Of a DNA stretch of 64,000 nucleotides, positions 41,326-52,307 are shown piece after piece. Origin of the DNA: an uncultured delta proteobacterium. GTDB lineage: Bacteria > Desulfobacterota > Desulfomonilia > UBA1062. The notes below the pieces were generated by a model. That model saw only the letters and a list, made by a program, of their open reading frames with translations. It ran no database searches and had not been told where the DNA came from. The stretch is taken from assembly GCA_963785235.1 (NCBI GenBank), contig CAWAUM010000001.1, positions 288,001-352,000 on the forward strand, read 5' to 3'. The position numbers and the translations under genes are program-made. Each line of letters starts with the position of its first letter. Position 1 is the first letter of the stretch.

Positions 41326-42069
41326 TCATTGAATATCATCCAGGCTGTCAACAACCACATCCATATGTTCTTGAAGTTCTTCTTTAGGTACGATACCGGG
41401 CAGGCCGACAGTGAGCATGACGCCGGAGTTCTTCCCAAGCATTGCATCCATAACGGTATCGCCGATGAGAACTGCCGAGCGCGGATCAACCTGGAAGTGC
41501 TCGCAGATCTTTGTGACCATATCCGGGGCAGGCTTGGAGTTCTCGACACTATCGGCCCCCACTACGATGTCGATGTAGTAAGCGGCGCCTATTGCTATCA
41601 TGTCTGAGCTTGCATCAGCAGCCTTGTCGTTGGTGGCTATGGCGGTATGGATACCTTTGTCTTTCAGCCGGGACAAGAGAGAGATGGTTCCCTTTACAGG
41701 TCTTATACTTCTGTTTCTCGTATCAGATCGGAAGACCTCATCCCCGACCTTTCGCACAATGTCCTGGGCATTATTCCAGCTGATGCCTTCCCGGTAGAGG
41801 CAGTAGGCAAGCAGGGCGTCGCACTCGGTAAAGGTGCCCATGGCAAGGGGCCCTGAGCCGTCTATGGTGCCGTTATCTACAGAAATGCCCAGGGCTTCCT
41901 GGACCCTTAACCACAAGTTTTCATTCATTGGGACATGCTCCCCAAAAGTCTTTAAAAGATTGGCAATGATCTCTAACCATGTAAGCCTGAAGTCGATTAA
42001 GGTTCCATCCTTATCAAAGATGACAAGCCCTGTTGTATATTCTTTTCCCGCTATCCGAATGGTTGGCAC
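41326..42069 (-). CDS. HAD family hydrolase (phosphoglycolate phosphatase-like)
   Basis: FDKDGTL, ATND, KPAPD, IGDTVMD. Confidence 0.88.
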   Translation of the reverse strand: MPTIRIAGKEYTTGLVIFDKDGTLIDFRLTWLEIIANLLKTFGEHVPMNENLWLRVQEALGISVDNGTIDGSGPLAMGTFTECDALLAYCLYREGISWNNAQDIVRKVGDEVFRSDTRNRSIRPVKGTISLLSRLKDKGIHTAIATNDKAADASSDMIAIGAAYYIDIVVGADSVENSKPAPDMVTKICEHFQVDPRSAVLIGDTVMDAMLGKNSGVMLTVGLPGIVPKEELQEHMDVVVDSLDDIQ

Positions 42070-42168
42070 CTGGATCCTCCTGAAGGTTATGCATAAAAGA
42101 ACTTTTGGGATTGATTGGTTACCATATTTCCGTGATATATACTACCGGCTTTGAAGGAAGGATAGATC

Positions 42169-43413
42169 ATGACAGCAGTGCGCCATGCAATGAAGACTAT
42201 GCGAACCTTTGCCTATTTCACCTTCATTCTTATTGTTGTTACCTGGATATCATTTTCATGCTGCCGCAGCATACAGGCTAAGAATAATGAGGTCCCCGGT
42301 TCCCAGCAGGCGGCCCCGGTAAAAATAGGTGTCTGCATGCCCATGGCGGGTCCATTGGCAGAGGTTGCAAGGGTCCAGTCCGAAGGTATCAGGATGGCCC
42401 ACGATATGGAAAAAGGCAAGCCGGGGATCCAGGTTGAACTCGTATTCAAGGATTCCGGTGCTTCATCACTGGCCCTTTCTCAAGCGCTTCAGAAGCTGTT
42501 GGTGGATGATAAGGTGTCAGGTATCATTTCGGGCGCACCCGCTGATGTAATTGCTAAAGCCGGGGGGGTTATGAAGCAAAGGCCAGTGCCAATTATAGCA
42601 ACAACTGCGATCAGGCTTGACTGGAAAACAAAAGAGGGTCCGCCGGTGATAAGGATATGTGCAAGCCTTGAGGATCAGGCCAATGCATGTGCCAGGTTCA
42701 TGAAGGATGTGATTCATGCCCGCAGGGTAGGGCTTATCATTAACGACCGTGACGAAAGCTGCGTCAGGCTTGCCAGCCTGTTCTCTGCGGAAGTGGTAAG
42801 GGCCGGAGGCAGGATTGAGGATATTGCTTATATAAAAGAGGGAGAAGACCCGTCATCTGCCATCACACACCTTATGGGCCGGAAGCCTGATGCTGTTTAT
42901 ATTCCTCTTTCCGGGGCGAACACAAAAGAAACTCTGAAGAAAATCCGCTCTATTGATGCATTAAAACCCATCTTGGTAGGCAGTATTCCCAATGAGGATT
43001 CATTCTTCACTGAGGTGGATAAGTATCTGGAAGGTGTTTATGTCCAGTCGAATTATATTCAAGAGAAAGCAACATCAGCAAAGGGCAAGGAATTTATTGA
43101 GTACTACTCAAAGCATGCCAGGAAAGGGGCTTATCTCGGATCAAACATTGCTACCGGAGTTGATGCCTATTATCTGATGCTTAATATGATATCGATGCAG
43201 CAAAAGGCTAAATCTCATGAGGTGATTGTAGCCCCCTCCTCATGGAAGCCCCTGCTCCTGGGGATAAACCTCATGACATCCACTGGCGATGCGCAGACAC
43301 AGCTGTCTTTCGGACAGATTAAGAGAAATTTTTTTGGTGGCGCCACGCTCAAGTACGTGGCATCAATTGTTGTTAGCCGCTCAGATCCTGTCGCTAATGT
43401 TAGGGCTCATTAG
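42169..43413 (+). CDS. Branched-chain amino acid-type substrate-binding protein (no permease adjacent)
   Basis: KIGVCMPMAGPLA, GIRMA, ELVFKDS, KPDAVYIP; N-terminal hydrophobic segment. Confidence 0.7.
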   Translation: MTAVRHAMKTMRTFAYFTFILIVVTWISFSCCRSIQAKNNEVPGSQQAAPVKIGVCMPMAGPLAEVARVQSEGIRMAHDMEKGKPGIQVELVFKDSGASSLALSQALQKLLVDDKVSGIISGAPADVIAKAGGVMKQRPVPIIATTAIRLDWKTKEGPPVIRICASLEDQANACARFMKDVIHARRVGLIINDRDESCVRLASLFSAEVVRAGGRIEDIAYIKEGEDPSSAITHLMGRKPDAVYIPLSGANTKETLKKIRSIDALKPILVGSIPNEDSFFTEVDKYLEGVYVQSNYIQEKATSAKGKEFIEYYSKHARKGAYLGSNIATGVDAYYLMLNMISMQQKAKSHEVIVAPSSWKPLLLGINLMTSTGDAQTQLSFGQIKRNFFGGATLKYVASIVVSRSDPVANVRAH

Positions 43414-43698
43414 CTTATCCGCCACTACAGTAAGATCAGGGTTGTAAGTGCCCTTTTCGATCTTTGTCTCGACGGCATTGACCTTTTCGGAACGGATATC
43501 AGGGGATTCGTTGACCGCAGCAAGTATGTCTTTCATAAGCCTTACGGTGCTTGATATGTTCACCCTGTCAGCAGTCGGGGCAGCATTCGGTTTTGCAGCA
43601 TTTGCAATTTCTTTGTCTTTATTGTTGAGTTGAACACCCTGAGCCGATTGAGCGACGTATGCCTTGAGGGCATCAGTGTTCGGAGTATTAATTTTCAT
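43381..43698 (-). CDS. flgM: Anti-sigma28 factor
   Basis: DRVNISS, PDIRSEKV...IEKGTY...VADKLM. Confidence 0.88.
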   Translation of the reverse strand: MKINTPNTDALKAYVAQSAQGVQLNNKDKEIANAAKPNAAPTADRVNISSTVRLMKDILAAVNESPDIRSEKVNAVETKIEKGTYNPDLTVVADKLMSPNISDRI

Positions 43699-43909
43699 CT
43701 ATTAGCACCTCATTCAATCCTTTCTGTAAACTGCTTTCCATAATATCCCTGAAAAGTCTCTTGCTCGCGCGCTGGGATATGGTAACGGAATCTGCGCCAA
43801 GCTCGCTGCCGGACTTTTCCATATCAAGTTTCATGCCCGAAGACGCATTCTGTTTCTCATAGGTCCTCATGATGAGATTCATGAATAGGCTTTTGACCTC
43901 CATACACAC
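43688..43909 (-). CDS. Small protein upstream of flgM (FlgM-associated, DVU0524-like)
   Basis: MRTYEKQ, DSVTISQRASKR; overlaps the flgM start; downstream of a sigma28 promoter. Confidence 0.55.
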   Translation of the reverse strand: MCMEVKSLFMNLIMRTYEKQNASSGMKLDMEKSGSELGADSVTISQRASKRLFRDIMESSLQKGLNEVLIDEN

Positions 43910-43941
43910 TCCTTGTGATTAATCAGCCATCCGTAAGTTAA

Positions 43942-43968
43942 TTATCGGATTCTCACCGGAATTCTTTA
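43942..43968 (-). promoter_or_regulatory. sigma28 (FliA) promoter
   Basis: Minus strand TAAA-N15-TCCGATAA. Confidence 0.75.
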
Positions 43969-44096
43969 ACGTTATTTCTCTACAGGTGTCCTGCATCAGG
44001 CGCAAGGATTGAATTGCCCAAATCAGTCCTGAAGCACCTGGAAAAAATTGCCTGTCTTATATGATAAGAAGTATGGACCAGAGCCATTTTTAAGGA

Positions 44097-44113
44097 TTGG
44101 CATTCCATTTGCT
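44097..44113 (+). promoter_or_regulatory. sigma54 promoter of the flgF operon
   Basis: TTGGCAT-TCCAT-TTGCT about 25 nt before the flgF ATG. Confidence 0.75.
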
Positions 44114-44138
44114 CAAATGATCCCAGAAAGGAGCACAT

Positions 44139-44882
44139 ATGGATCAAGGGATATACACAGCGGCGGCAGGGGCGATTGCAATGGAGGACAGGCTCAATAT
44201 CATCTCCAACAACATTGCCAACCTGAACACTACCGGATTCAAGAAAGACCAGATGAGCTTTGAACAGTATATGAAGCAGCTGGACACCTCTTCACTGTAC
44301 CCCGGACAGTACCGTACAGTGCCTATTGATGTCGTCGCGGTCAGCAGTTCCATAGACCTTTCAGCAGGAGCCCCTGTGAAGACAGGCAACGTACTGGACA
44401 TAGCCGTGATGGGGGATGGGTTCTTTGTGGTCAATACCGATAAAGGCACCCGGTATACCAGGGCCGGTTCCTTCCAGCTAAGTACTGAAAACACAATAAT
44501 TACGCCGCAGGGATACCGTGTTCAGGGCAACGGCGGAGATATTACCATAGACCCAGATAAGAGCGATATAGTGATAGATTCCACGGGCAAGATTACCCAG
44601 GACCAAGACGAACTGAGTACGTTACAGATCGTGAAGATTCCCCCCGAGGCACTTGAGAGGCAGGGGAACAACCTGTTCTCGGTCAAGGAAGGGGTTATGC
44701 CCCAACCCGTGGAGACCGTATCCCTTATCCAGGGAAGCCTTGAGAAAGCCAACGTCGAGCCCATTTCAGAGATGGTGGAGATGATAGCAGCTTCACGGGC
44801 CTATGAATCCTTCCAGAAAGTGATAAGGGCAGCCAACGATGCCTATTCTTACTCGATGCGCAATGTCGGGACAGTCGTATAA
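44139..44882 (+). CDS. flgF: Flagellar basal-body rod protein
   Basis: SNNIANLNTTGFKK, TGNVLDIAV, YTRAGSF, LEKANV. Confidence 0.9.
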   Translation: MDQGIYTAAAGAIAMEDRLNIISNNIANLNTTGFKKDQMSFEQYMKQLDTSSLYPGQYRTVPIDVVAVSSSIDLSAGAPVKTGNVLDIAVMGDGFFVVNTDKGTRYTRAGSFQLSTENTIITPQGYRVQGNGGDITIDPDKSDIVIDSTGKITQDQDELSTLQIVKIPPEALERQGNNLFSVKEGVMPQPVETVSLIQGSLEKANVEPISEMVEMIAASRAYESFQKVIRAANDAYSYSMRNVGTVV

Positions 44883-44894
44883 AAGGAGAGAACG

Positions 44895-45677
44895 ATGATC
44901 AGAGCAATGTGGACATCCGCCACTGGCATGAATGCACAGGAGTTGATGGTAAATACCATAGCCAACAATCTGGCGAACGTGAACACCACGAGCTTCAAGA
45001 AGGGCAGGGCCGAGTTCGAGGACCTGTTCTATGCGACATATAATCAGCCGGGCAGCGAAACGCCTGCCGGCGGGACGGTTCCCGTGGGCATCCAGGTGGG
45101 TATGGGTGTGAAGCCTGTTGCAATCCAGAAGATATTCTCCCAGGGCGACAACCTCGAAACCAAGAATCCTCTGGATGTTGCCATCGAAGGAAAGGGGTAT
45201 TTCCAGCTGATCTCGGACGGGGACGAGGTGTATACCCGGGACGGCGCATTCAAGACAGACAGCGAGGGCTATATCGTGAATGCCCGTGGCGAGAGACTCC
45301 AACCCGAGTTTGTTGTACCTGAGCAGACCGCGAACGTAACCATTTCCAATTCAGGAGTCATAACCTGTCTCTCCAGTTCCGGTACAACGCTGGCCACCGG
45401 GAATATCCCCCTGTACATCTTCGCCAATCCCGGTGGTCTGAACTCCATCGGCATGAATCAATATGTGGCCACACCGGCATCCGGAGATGCCATTGAAGGG
45501 GTTCCCGGCACGGATAATTTCGGCACCCTTTCATCCGGGTTCCTGGAAATGTCCAATGTGGACGCCGTGGAGGAGATGGTCAACATGATCGCGGCACAGA
45601 GGGCCTACGAGCTCAACTCCAAGTGCATAACCACCGCCGATCAGATGCTCCAGACAGTGAATTCGATGGTGAGGTAG
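44895..45677 (+). CDS. flgG: Flagellar distal rod protein
   Basis: ANNLANVNTTSFKKGRAEFEDL, GIQVGMG, LEMSNV, QRAYELNSK. Confidence 0.95.
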   Translation: MIRAMWTSATGMNAQELMVNTIANNLANVNTTSFKKGRAEFEDLFYATYNQPGSETPAGGTVPVGIQVGMGVKPVAIQKIFSQGDNLETKNPLDVAIEGKGYFQLISDGDEVYTRDGAFKTDSEGYIVNARGERLQPEFVVPEQTANVTISNSGVITCLSSSGTTLATGNIPLYIFANPGGLNSIGMNQYVATPASGDAIEGVPGTDNFGTLSSGFLEMSNVDAVEEMVNMIAAQRAYELNSKCITTADQMLQTVNSMVR

Positions 45678-45683
45678 CATAGG

Positions 45684-46631
45684 ATGCAGGTTCTTGTCCT
45701 GGTGATGTGTCTGATCTGCGGGATATTTATCCCCACCGGAGCCTTTGCGGTGACGACCGTCAACCTCAAGGCAGAGGCCACAATTGTCTCGAAGACCGTG
45801 ACGCTCTCAGATCTGGCTGATATCACCGGAGACGAGGCGGCTTTACTTTCGGGTATAGTCATTGCGAAGTCGCCTGACGGGACAACTGGCATGAACATTT
45901 CGGCACAGACCGTTGAGACCAGGATAAAGTCCCGTTACCTTGGGCCCATACTAATGACAGGCGCCCACAGGTGCAATGTCGTATCATCCAGGGTCGAGGT
46001 GAGCGAAGAAGTCATCAAGAAAGTCTTCACCCAGGAGATCCTCAGAAATAGTCCCTGGAAAGATACCGGCACCATCGAGGTTACAGATATACGGGTATCC
46101 AGGCTCCCCAAAGTACTTCAGGCAGATACCAACACCATACAGGCAAAATTTTCCTCCTTTGAAAAGTACCTTGGATTCACAAGCGCCACAATATTAATAG
46201 GCAGCGGACCGTATCCCGAAAGGGTGAATGTTACAGGAAAGGTCCGGCTTATTGCCGGAATCCCTGTTGCGAGGACAAAGGTTGCACAGGGAAGGGTTAT
46301 TGTCCTGGGAGATCTTTCCATGAAATCCTGTGATATTTCATCAAACCCTAACGCCTTTACCCGGTTCGAAGACTGTGTGGGAAAGCGCGCAAAGGTGACG
46401 TTGCGTGAAGGCTCTCACATTCTGCCGTCCCAGGTGGAGCGAAATCCTGATGTCCTCAAGGGTGAGACGGTCGTCATCGAGGTCCGCCTCGATAACCTCG
46501 TGGTGAGGGATAAAGGCATTGCCATGAAGGATGGATATCTCAGCGAAACCATCCACGTGAAGAATGCCTCCTCAGGCAGGCAGGTGGTTGGCACCATTAT
46601 TGCTCCATCACTGGTGCAGGTCGAGCTCTAG
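45684..46631 (+). CDS. flgA: P-ring assembly chaperone
   Basis: Signal peptide, SAF-like C-terminus (GIAMKDG...IHVKNASSGR); position between flgG and flgH. Confidence 0.85.
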   Translation: MQVLVLVMCLICGIFIPTGAFAVTTVNLKAEATIVSKTVTLSDLADITGDEAALLSGIVIAKSPDGTTGMNISAQTVETRIKSRYLGPILMTGAHRCNVVSSRVEVSEEVIKKVFTQEILRNSPWKDTGTIEVTDIRVSRLPKVLQADTNTIQAKFSSFEKYLGFTSATILIGSGPYPERVNVTGKVRLIAGIPVARTKVAQGRVIVLGDLSMKSCDISSNPNAFTRFEDCVGKRAKVTLREGSHILPSQVERNPDVLKGETVVIEVRLDNLVVRDKGIAMKDGYLSETIHVKNASSGRQVVGTIIAPSLVQVEL

Positions 46632-46640
46632 GAGGCTGAA

Positions 46641-47336
46641 ATGAAGGCATACAGATATATGGTTTACCTCATGGTTATGGCGGCTCTGAGCGCATGTTCC
46701 CACGCAGAGAAGGAAGTCGATTTCACCGAAGACGAGCTGTCGCCTCCCATGATTGACCAGAGCGAGAATGTTCAAAGCCCGGGGTCTTTATGGACACCCG
46801 GCGCCAAATATTACGACATGTTCAGCGATCACAAGGCACGCCGAGTGGGAGATCTCATCATGATCCAGATCGTGGAAAACTCCTCTGCCGATAAAGAGGC
46901 CTCCACCGATGCATCCAAAGACAGCAGCACCGACAATTCGGTAACGAGCTTTTTAGGGCTGCCCATGGACCAGTCGTCCATCTTTGGCTACAAGATCAAG
47001 CCCGAAGTCCAGACAAATGGGTCTTCGACATTCAAAGGTGACGGAAAGACAACACGCAAGGGGACTCTGAGCGCCGTGGTTTCTGCGAGAATTATTCGGG
47101 TCCTGCCTTCCGGCAATTTTGCGGTCAAGGGGAAGAAGCAGATACGGGTCAATGATGAGGAACAGTATATAACTGTCTCCGGCATCATCAGACCGGAAGA
47201 CATCATGGGTAACAACTCCGTCTTATCGGCGAATGTCGCCGACCTGAGGGTCGACTATTACGGTTCAGGCATTATTGGTGACCAGCAGAGCAAAGGGTTC
47301 CTGGCAAGGGCTATTGATAAGATATGGCCATTCTGA
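46641..47336 (+). CDS. flgH: L-ring protein
   Basis: Lipobox LSAC, GSLW, DHKARRVGD, GIIRPEDI, C-terminal WPF. Confidence 0.93.
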   Translation: MKAYRYMVYLMVMAALSACSHAEKEVDFTEDELSPPMIDQSENVQSPGSLWTPGAKYYDMFSDHKARRVGDLIMIQIVENSSADKEASTDASKDSSTDNSVTSFLGLPMDQSSIFGYKIKPEVQTNGSSTFKGDGKTTRKGTLSAVVSARIIRVLPSGNFAVKGKKQIRVNDEEQYITVSGIIRPEDIMGNNSVLSANVADLRVDYYGSGIIGDQQSKGFLARAIDKIWPF

Positions 47337-47344
47337 GGTGGACT

Positions 47345-48439
47345 ATGAAGAAGACGATCCTTGCAATTATCCTTCTAGTATTTCTTGCACAGCCCGTTAT
47401 GGCCATACGGGTGAAAGACCTCGTAACCATCCAGGGGGTAAGGGAAAACAGACTTTCGGGTTACGGGCTTGTGGTGGGTCTGAACGGAACAGGCGATAAG
47501 GCCGGGACCGGCAATGAATATATGATACGCTCTGTTTCAAACATGCTCCGTAACATGGGTATACTGGTGAGACCAGATGACCTGAAGATGAAAAATGTGG
47601 CTGCCGTTATCGTTACCGCATCGCTGCCGCCTTTTGCCAAGAGCAGCCAGAAGCTCGACTGCACGGTTTCCTCCCTGGGCGATGCCACTTCGCTTGCAGG
47701 CGGCACATTGGTCTCCACGCCGCTTTATGGTCCTGACGGGAAGGTGTATGCCCTTGGGCAGGGCCCTATATCGGTGGGCGGTTTTGCCGTGAGTGGGGCT
47801 TCCGGTTCCGGTGTAACCAAGAACTTCCCCACAGTGGGCATAGTACCAGCAGGGGCTATTGTCGAGAGATCATTGGACATGGCCATGGGTCCCCAGATGA
47901 CCCTCATTATGAATAACCCTGATTTCACCACTGCCAACAGGTTGGCCAAGTCCATCAACAACAAGCTGGGCTCCCCGGTGGCCAGTGCTGCCGACCTTTC
48001 CACCATAAAACTCGATGTCCCGGAGTCATACCAGAACAGCCTGGTTGATTTCGTGTCGATCATTGAGACCGTGGATGTGACCCCTGATAACCGGGCAAAG
48101 ATCATCGTGAATGAGAGGACAGGCACGGTCATCATGGGTAGCGATGTCAAGATCTCGACCGTTGCCATAGCGCATGGAAACCTGAGCATCAAGATCTCAG
48201 AGCAACCAAAGGTATCCCAGCCCCAGCCGTTTTCGCAAGGGTCCACCACCGTTGTTCCCCAGTCCGGGGTCCAGGTGGAGGAGGGCGGGAAACGCCTGAT
48301 CCTGTTGAAAAGCGGCGCAAGCATCGGTGACCTCGTGACCGCCATGAACGCCATAGGCGTCTCTCCGCGGGACCTGGTTGTAATCCTCCAGGCCATCAAG
48401 AGGGCAGGGGCCCTGTATGCTGATCTGGAGGTCATATGA
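47345..48439 (+). CDS. flgI: P-ring protein
   Basis: GYGLVVGLNGTGD, KNVAAV, NERTGT, ILQAIKRAGAL. Confidence 0.95.
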   Translation: MKKTILAIILLVFLAQPVMAIRVKDLVTIQGVRENRLSGYGLVVGLNGTGDKAGTGNEYMIRSVSNMLRNMGILVRPDDLKMKNVAAVIVTASLPPFAKSSQKLDCTVSSLGDATSLAGGTLVSTPLYGPDGKVYALGQGPISVGGFAVSGASGSGVTKNFPTVGIVPAGAIVERSLDMAMGPQMTLIMNNPDFTTANRLAKSINNKLGSPVASAADLSTIKLDVPESYQNSLVDFVSIIETVDVTPDNRAKIIVNERTGTVIMGSDVKISTVAIAHGNLSIKISEQPKVSQPQPFSQGSTTVVPQSGVQVEEGGKRLILLKSGASIGDLVTAMNAIGVSPRDLVVILQAIKRAGALYADLEVI

Positions 48440-48771
48440 TCCGCGACGTCGGCATGCTTGCGCACATGAACAGGACCGATCCGGTTAAGGCCCTCGACAA
48501 GGTCTGCAAGGAGTTCGAGACGCTGTTTGCCAACCAGCTCCTGAAGACCATGAAGGAATCCATGCCGGAAGGCTTCCTTGAAGAAACTATGGCCGATGAT
48601 ATCTACAAGGATATGTTCTATCAGGAGATTGCCAGGAGCATCGGGCAATCAGGGGCGTTGGGCATTGCCGATATCCTCAAGAGGCACATCCAACAGAATT
48701 TCGGTGAGGATGGGAAGACGAAACAGGATGGTGTTCACAAGGCACCCGATGGAACCGATAAAGATAACTAA
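48436..48771 (+). CDS. flgJ: Short rod-binding FlgJ without muramidase domain
   Basis: KEFETLFANQLLKTM, LGIADIL. Confidence 0.85.
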   Translation: MIRDVGMLAHMNRTDPVKALDKVCKEFETLFANQLLKTMKESMPEGFLEETMADDIYKDMFYQEIARSIGQSGALGIADILKRHIQQNFGEDGKTKQDGVHKAPDGTDKDN

Positions 48772-48812
48772 AGCAGAGAGTTAACAACACTGGGCATGAC
48801 CAGGGGGTCGAC

Positions 48813-49235
48813 ATGACATATACGGACTTGATCCAAAGGCTTCAACAGGAAAAAGAGCTCGTGGAAAGGCTTATTGCACATTTGCACAGGGAGCTCGATC
48901 TCATAACGGAAGGTAATGTCCAGACACTCGAAGAATCCATGCCCGCCAAGCAGAAGCTCCTGATGGGCATAGCTGATAACCGCCAAGGCGACGAGCAACT
49001 GCAAGGAGATCCCCGGCCTGAGCAGGCACAAGTAATACGGACACTCCAGCAGGATCTGGTCGGGCTCTGGAAGAAGGCAAGTGGGCTTAACGAGATTTCC
49101 AAGAAGCTTGTCAACCAGAGACTCTTTGAGATTAATGACCAGCTAGAGATATTCTTTGCCGGCCTGAAGGACGGCTACACAAGGGATGGAAAGAAATCTG
49201 CCGTTTCTTTGCATACCATAAAGACAGGAGCATGA
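48813..49235 (+). CDS. flgN: Flagellar export chaperone
   Basis: Helical protein directly upstream of flgK; C-terminal GYTRDGK. Confidence 0.7.
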   Translation: MTYTDLIQRLQQEKELVERLIAHLHRELDLITEGNVQTLEESMPAKQKLLMGIADNRQGDEQLQGDPRPEQAQVIRTLQQDLVGLWKKASGLNEISKKLVNQRLFEINDQLEIFFAGLKDGYTRDGKKSAVSLHTIKTGA

Positions 49236-49236
49236 T

Positions 49237-51018
49237 ATGCCCGGTATAGGCGGCGCACTCGATATTGCACGGTGGTCCATGTATTCCTCTCAGCTTGCTA
49301 TTGAGATAGCATCTCACAACATCGCCAATGCGAATACGGAAGGATATTCCAAGCAGAATTTGCGCATTGAGGCGAATCAAGCCATCAACGTGGGTCCGGG
49401 ACAGATCGGAACAGGGGTTAAGGCGGTAGAGGTGACAAGGAACAATGATGCCTTTCTCTCCGCACAGGTTACACAGAAGAAATCCGATTATGCGTACTGG
49501 AAGGCCCAGAATAGCGCTATGGAAGAGATCGAGAGCATCTTCAATGAGACAGGCGATAATGGGCTGAATGCGTTAATGGGTCAATTCTGGGGTGCCTGGG
49601 GAGATCTTTCGAATAACCCCGAGGGACTCCCTGAGCGTCAGTCCCTGCTTGCAAAGACAGACAATCTTCTGTCAATGGTCCGCGAGGTCGATTACAACCT
49701 GAGAGTCTATCAGAGAAACCTTGATGCCAAGATCAGGGGCTCTGTGACCGAGGTGAACACGATCACGCAGCAGATTGCCGACCTGAACCTGAGCATATCC
49801 ACTGTGGAGGTAAAGGGGTCGGTCAATGCCAATGATCTCGGGACCAGAGAGACCTCCTTTTGGATAAGCTTGCAGAACATATGGACATCACCTACTACGA
49901 AGACGAGAGGTCCGGCCAGGTCATGGTATTCGTCCTTGGCGGGACGCCTCTGGTCATGGGAAAGGAAACGAATACCCTCAGCGCCGAGCGGGATGCCACC
50001 ACAGGCTTTTCGAGGGTTTTGTGGAATGATTCTTCAGGCAGGACCATCGATCTCACCCACAAGCTCAAGGGTGGTGACATAGCCGGGCTGGTAAATATCC
50101 GGGACTCAGGGGGTATCGATTCCTACCTGGATTCATTGAACACGCTTACCGGGGAACTCGTTTGGCAGGTGAACAGCCTGCATTCCGAAGGTGTAGGGCT
50201 CCAGGGTACACAGCAGATGACCGGAACGGTCCAGGTCTCGGCCCTTACCGACGACCTCTCATCAAGCTTTCTTTTCAGCGACCGGTATGCCCCTGGCGGT
50301 TCATTCGACATACAGGAATACGATGCAGATGGCCAGGTAGTAAACACGTATCATATCAGCCCTGCAGGGAATACGGTTGGGGACCTCATTACCGAGATCA
50401 ATACGGAATCAGCAGGCGCCATCACGGCCTCGCTCACAGGCGGTGCCAGCGGTGCATTGAGAATCAGCACCGCAGTAGGGACGAACACCTTTGCCATCAT
50501 AGCCGAGCACTACAGGATCATCCAGCAATGCACTGGCAATTCTCGGGGTCAATACGTTCTTTTCATGGACAGAAACAGTGGGTAACCCTGTCCATGACAT
50601 AACCGAGACAGTCGAAGTGAATGCGATGCTTAAGGCAAATCCCAATCTCATCTCATCGGGATATACTGACAATGATGGCAAGATAGCACCTGGTGCCAAT
50701 GATGTCGCTCGATCCATAGCCAATCTTCAGGACAAGGTTATCGCAAATATCGGGGGCACCGGGGTGGATACTACCATGGATTCCTACTATAGCTCGCTGG
50801 TGGCCCAGGTTGGGGTCGATGTCCAGAATGCCTCCAATAATGAAAAGTTCAATAATACAATACTAACCCAGTACACCCAGAGAAAGGAAAGTGTCTCGGG
50901 GGTAAGCCTTGACGAAGAGATGTCGGATCTCTTGAAGTTTCAGTATGCCTACCAGGCAGCTGCAAAGCTGATATCAATATGCGATGAGATGATGCAGACA
51001 TTGCTTTCAGTAAAATAA
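49237..51018 (+). CDS. flgK: Hook-associated protein 1; two apparent frameshifts (~49840, ~50500)
   Basis: SHNIANANTEGYSKQ ... ANDL|(R)DQRDLLLDKL ... SVSGVSLDEEMSDLLKFQYAYQAAAK. Confidence 0.9.
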
Positions 51019-51060
51019 TCATGTAATACTTCCCCTAAAGTACACTCCCTGGGGGTTTTA

Positions 51061-51297
51061 TTGCTGATACTGACAAGGAAAGTCGGCGAATCTGTCGCCA
51101 TCGGCGATGACATCCAGGTATCCGTGGTAGAGATCAAGGGCACCCAGGTCAAGCTTGGTATACGAGCTCCCAAGGACGTTACGGTGCACCGTGAAGAGAT
51201 ATATCTGAAGATCCAGGAAGAGAACAAAAGGGCGTCCCAGGTGTCGACAGATACCTTGGGCTCAGTAGAAGATATGATCTTAAAGAAAGACGTATGA
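51061..51297 (+). CDS. csrA: Carbon storage regulator
   Basis: [11 protein letters not shown]...[19 protein letters not shown]; TTG start. Confidence 0.96.
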   Translation: MLILTRKVGESVAIGDDIQVSVVEIKGTQVKLGIRAPKDVTVHREEIYLKIQEENKRASQVSTDTLGSVEDMILKKDV

Positions 51298-51370
51298 ATA
51301 AAAAGTCGTTCTATGAATAAAAAGCCGTTCGAAGAGCCTTAATAAATTACCAAACAGGAGGTATGAGACC

Positions 51371-51622
51371 ATGCACTTTCTATTTAATCTCATAACATCG
51401 ATTATCCTGGCTCCCTTCAAGATAATCAAATTCATCGTGTCCGATGTCATCTTCTTCGGCATTATTGGAGGGATCGCCTCCATAATCAGATCGGTAGTCA
51501 AGACAATTTTCAGGCTTGTCTTAAGGCCTTTCACTCTTCTTCTGCTTGCAGGTGGAGCCGCAGCCTTCTATATTGCGACCGATGAACAGAAGAAGAAGGT
51601 CAAGGCCTTGATGGGGATGTAG
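51371..51622 (+). CDS. Small hydrophobic hypothetical protein
   Basis: RBS AGGAGG, 83 aa, hydrophobic/amphipathic; followed by a hairpin. Confidence 0.6.
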   Translation: MHFLFNLITSIILAPFKIIKFIVSDVIFFGIIGGIASIIRSVVKTIFRLVLRPFTLLLLAGGAAAFYIATDEQKKKVKALMGM

Positions 51623-51736
51623 GAAGACGCTTTAAGTCTGCCTACCCCTTTCTATTCTAAGGGCAGATAAAGACAGACCAGATTTCTTTTTTAGGATTGG
51701 GATGTACTGGCCTGGGCATCTCTTGTTGGATAATAT

Positions 51737-51774
51737 AAAAGAGAGGACACCCGTTTGAGTGCCCTCTCTTTTTT
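51737..51774. terminator. Bidirectional intrinsic terminator
   Basis: AAAAGAGAGGACAC...GTGCCCTCTCTTTTTT between convergent units. Confidence 0.75.
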
Positions 51775-51801
51775 CGTGCTTGGGTGGGTATCCGATAATT
51801 T

Positions 51802-52173
<372 letters not shown>

Positions 52174-52307
52174 TTATTGTAGTCATATTACCAAAGGCGG
52201 CTAGGATTGTATCCTACCCCGCTTTCATGGTAGCCGTCAACACTGTTGCCCGGCATACAAAATTAAAACAGGAGGGCTTCCGCAGGCCCGACTGTTTTGA
52301 TTTTCTC

